Shown here in pieces: positions 63,769-64,000 of a DNA stretch of 64,000 bases. Numbering within the stretch: position 1 is the first letter of the stretch; each line of letters starts with the position of its first letter. Below the pieces are notes generated by a model. The model was not told where the DNA came from. It did not search any database and worked only from the letters and a program-made list of their open reading frames with translations. The position numbers were made by a program, and so were the translations under genes. The stretch is from Paraspadella gotoi (Eukaryota; Animalia; Chaetognatha). Where the stretch lies: NCBI GenBank assembly GCA_051294375.1, contig CM119268.1:19751820-19815819 (forward strand), in the 5' to 3' direction.

Positions 63769-64000
63769 TGATGAAGGCTCGTACTGTGAGCCGAAACATG
63801 TCTGCTTTTGTAACAATAAAATTCGTTGCAAAAATAAAATCAAACTTTGTTAATCTCTCAAACAACGAAAAAAGAAAGGATAATTACTAAAGCGGGTCAA
63901 AATTGAACACTTTTTATAACTTCTAATTCTCTCAAAAATTTTTTTCCCTTCTATTACTAAATCGATTTTCAATGCAACTTTTTGAATTAGTTCATTGGGT

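Larger units (their letters stand above)
63036..63853. mobile_element. Penelope-like palindrome with back-to-back hammerhead motifs; left arm interrupted by TRIM-B
   Basis: 63036-63079 plus 63722-63763 is the reverse complement of 63769-63853. Confidence 0.7.

Overview
AT-rich, repeat-dense metazoan (invertebrate-like) genomic DNA with four N gaps. The main host gene is a plus-strand Syk/ZAP-70-family tyrosine kinase. Six coding exons (30443-48678) encode SH2, interdomain A, SH2, a Pro-rich linker and the kinase N-lobe; the rest of the kinase is not in the window. Its introns hold a BEL/Pao remnant, a decayed Ty3/Gypsy element and nested solo LTRs. The window also contains a nearly intact Ty3/Gypsy element (1-4730) with a -1 frameshift slippery site and pseudoknot, an L1/Tx1-like LINE fragment, two non-autonomous Helentron-like families, Penelope-type fold-back repeats with minimal hammerhead ribozymes, and two gap-adjacent duplications that look like assembly artefacts. 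The most unusual signal is a set of tiny non-coding LTR elements (TRIMs and solo LTRs) whose LTRs embed tRNA-like Pol III promoters. The two complete TRIM families share a TGGTGAGCCC primer-binding site and have Gypsy-type PPTs. Several insertions have 4-bp TSDs, and two LTR families start with non-canonical 5'-TA. All calls are from reading the sequence by eye; no searches or folding programs were run.
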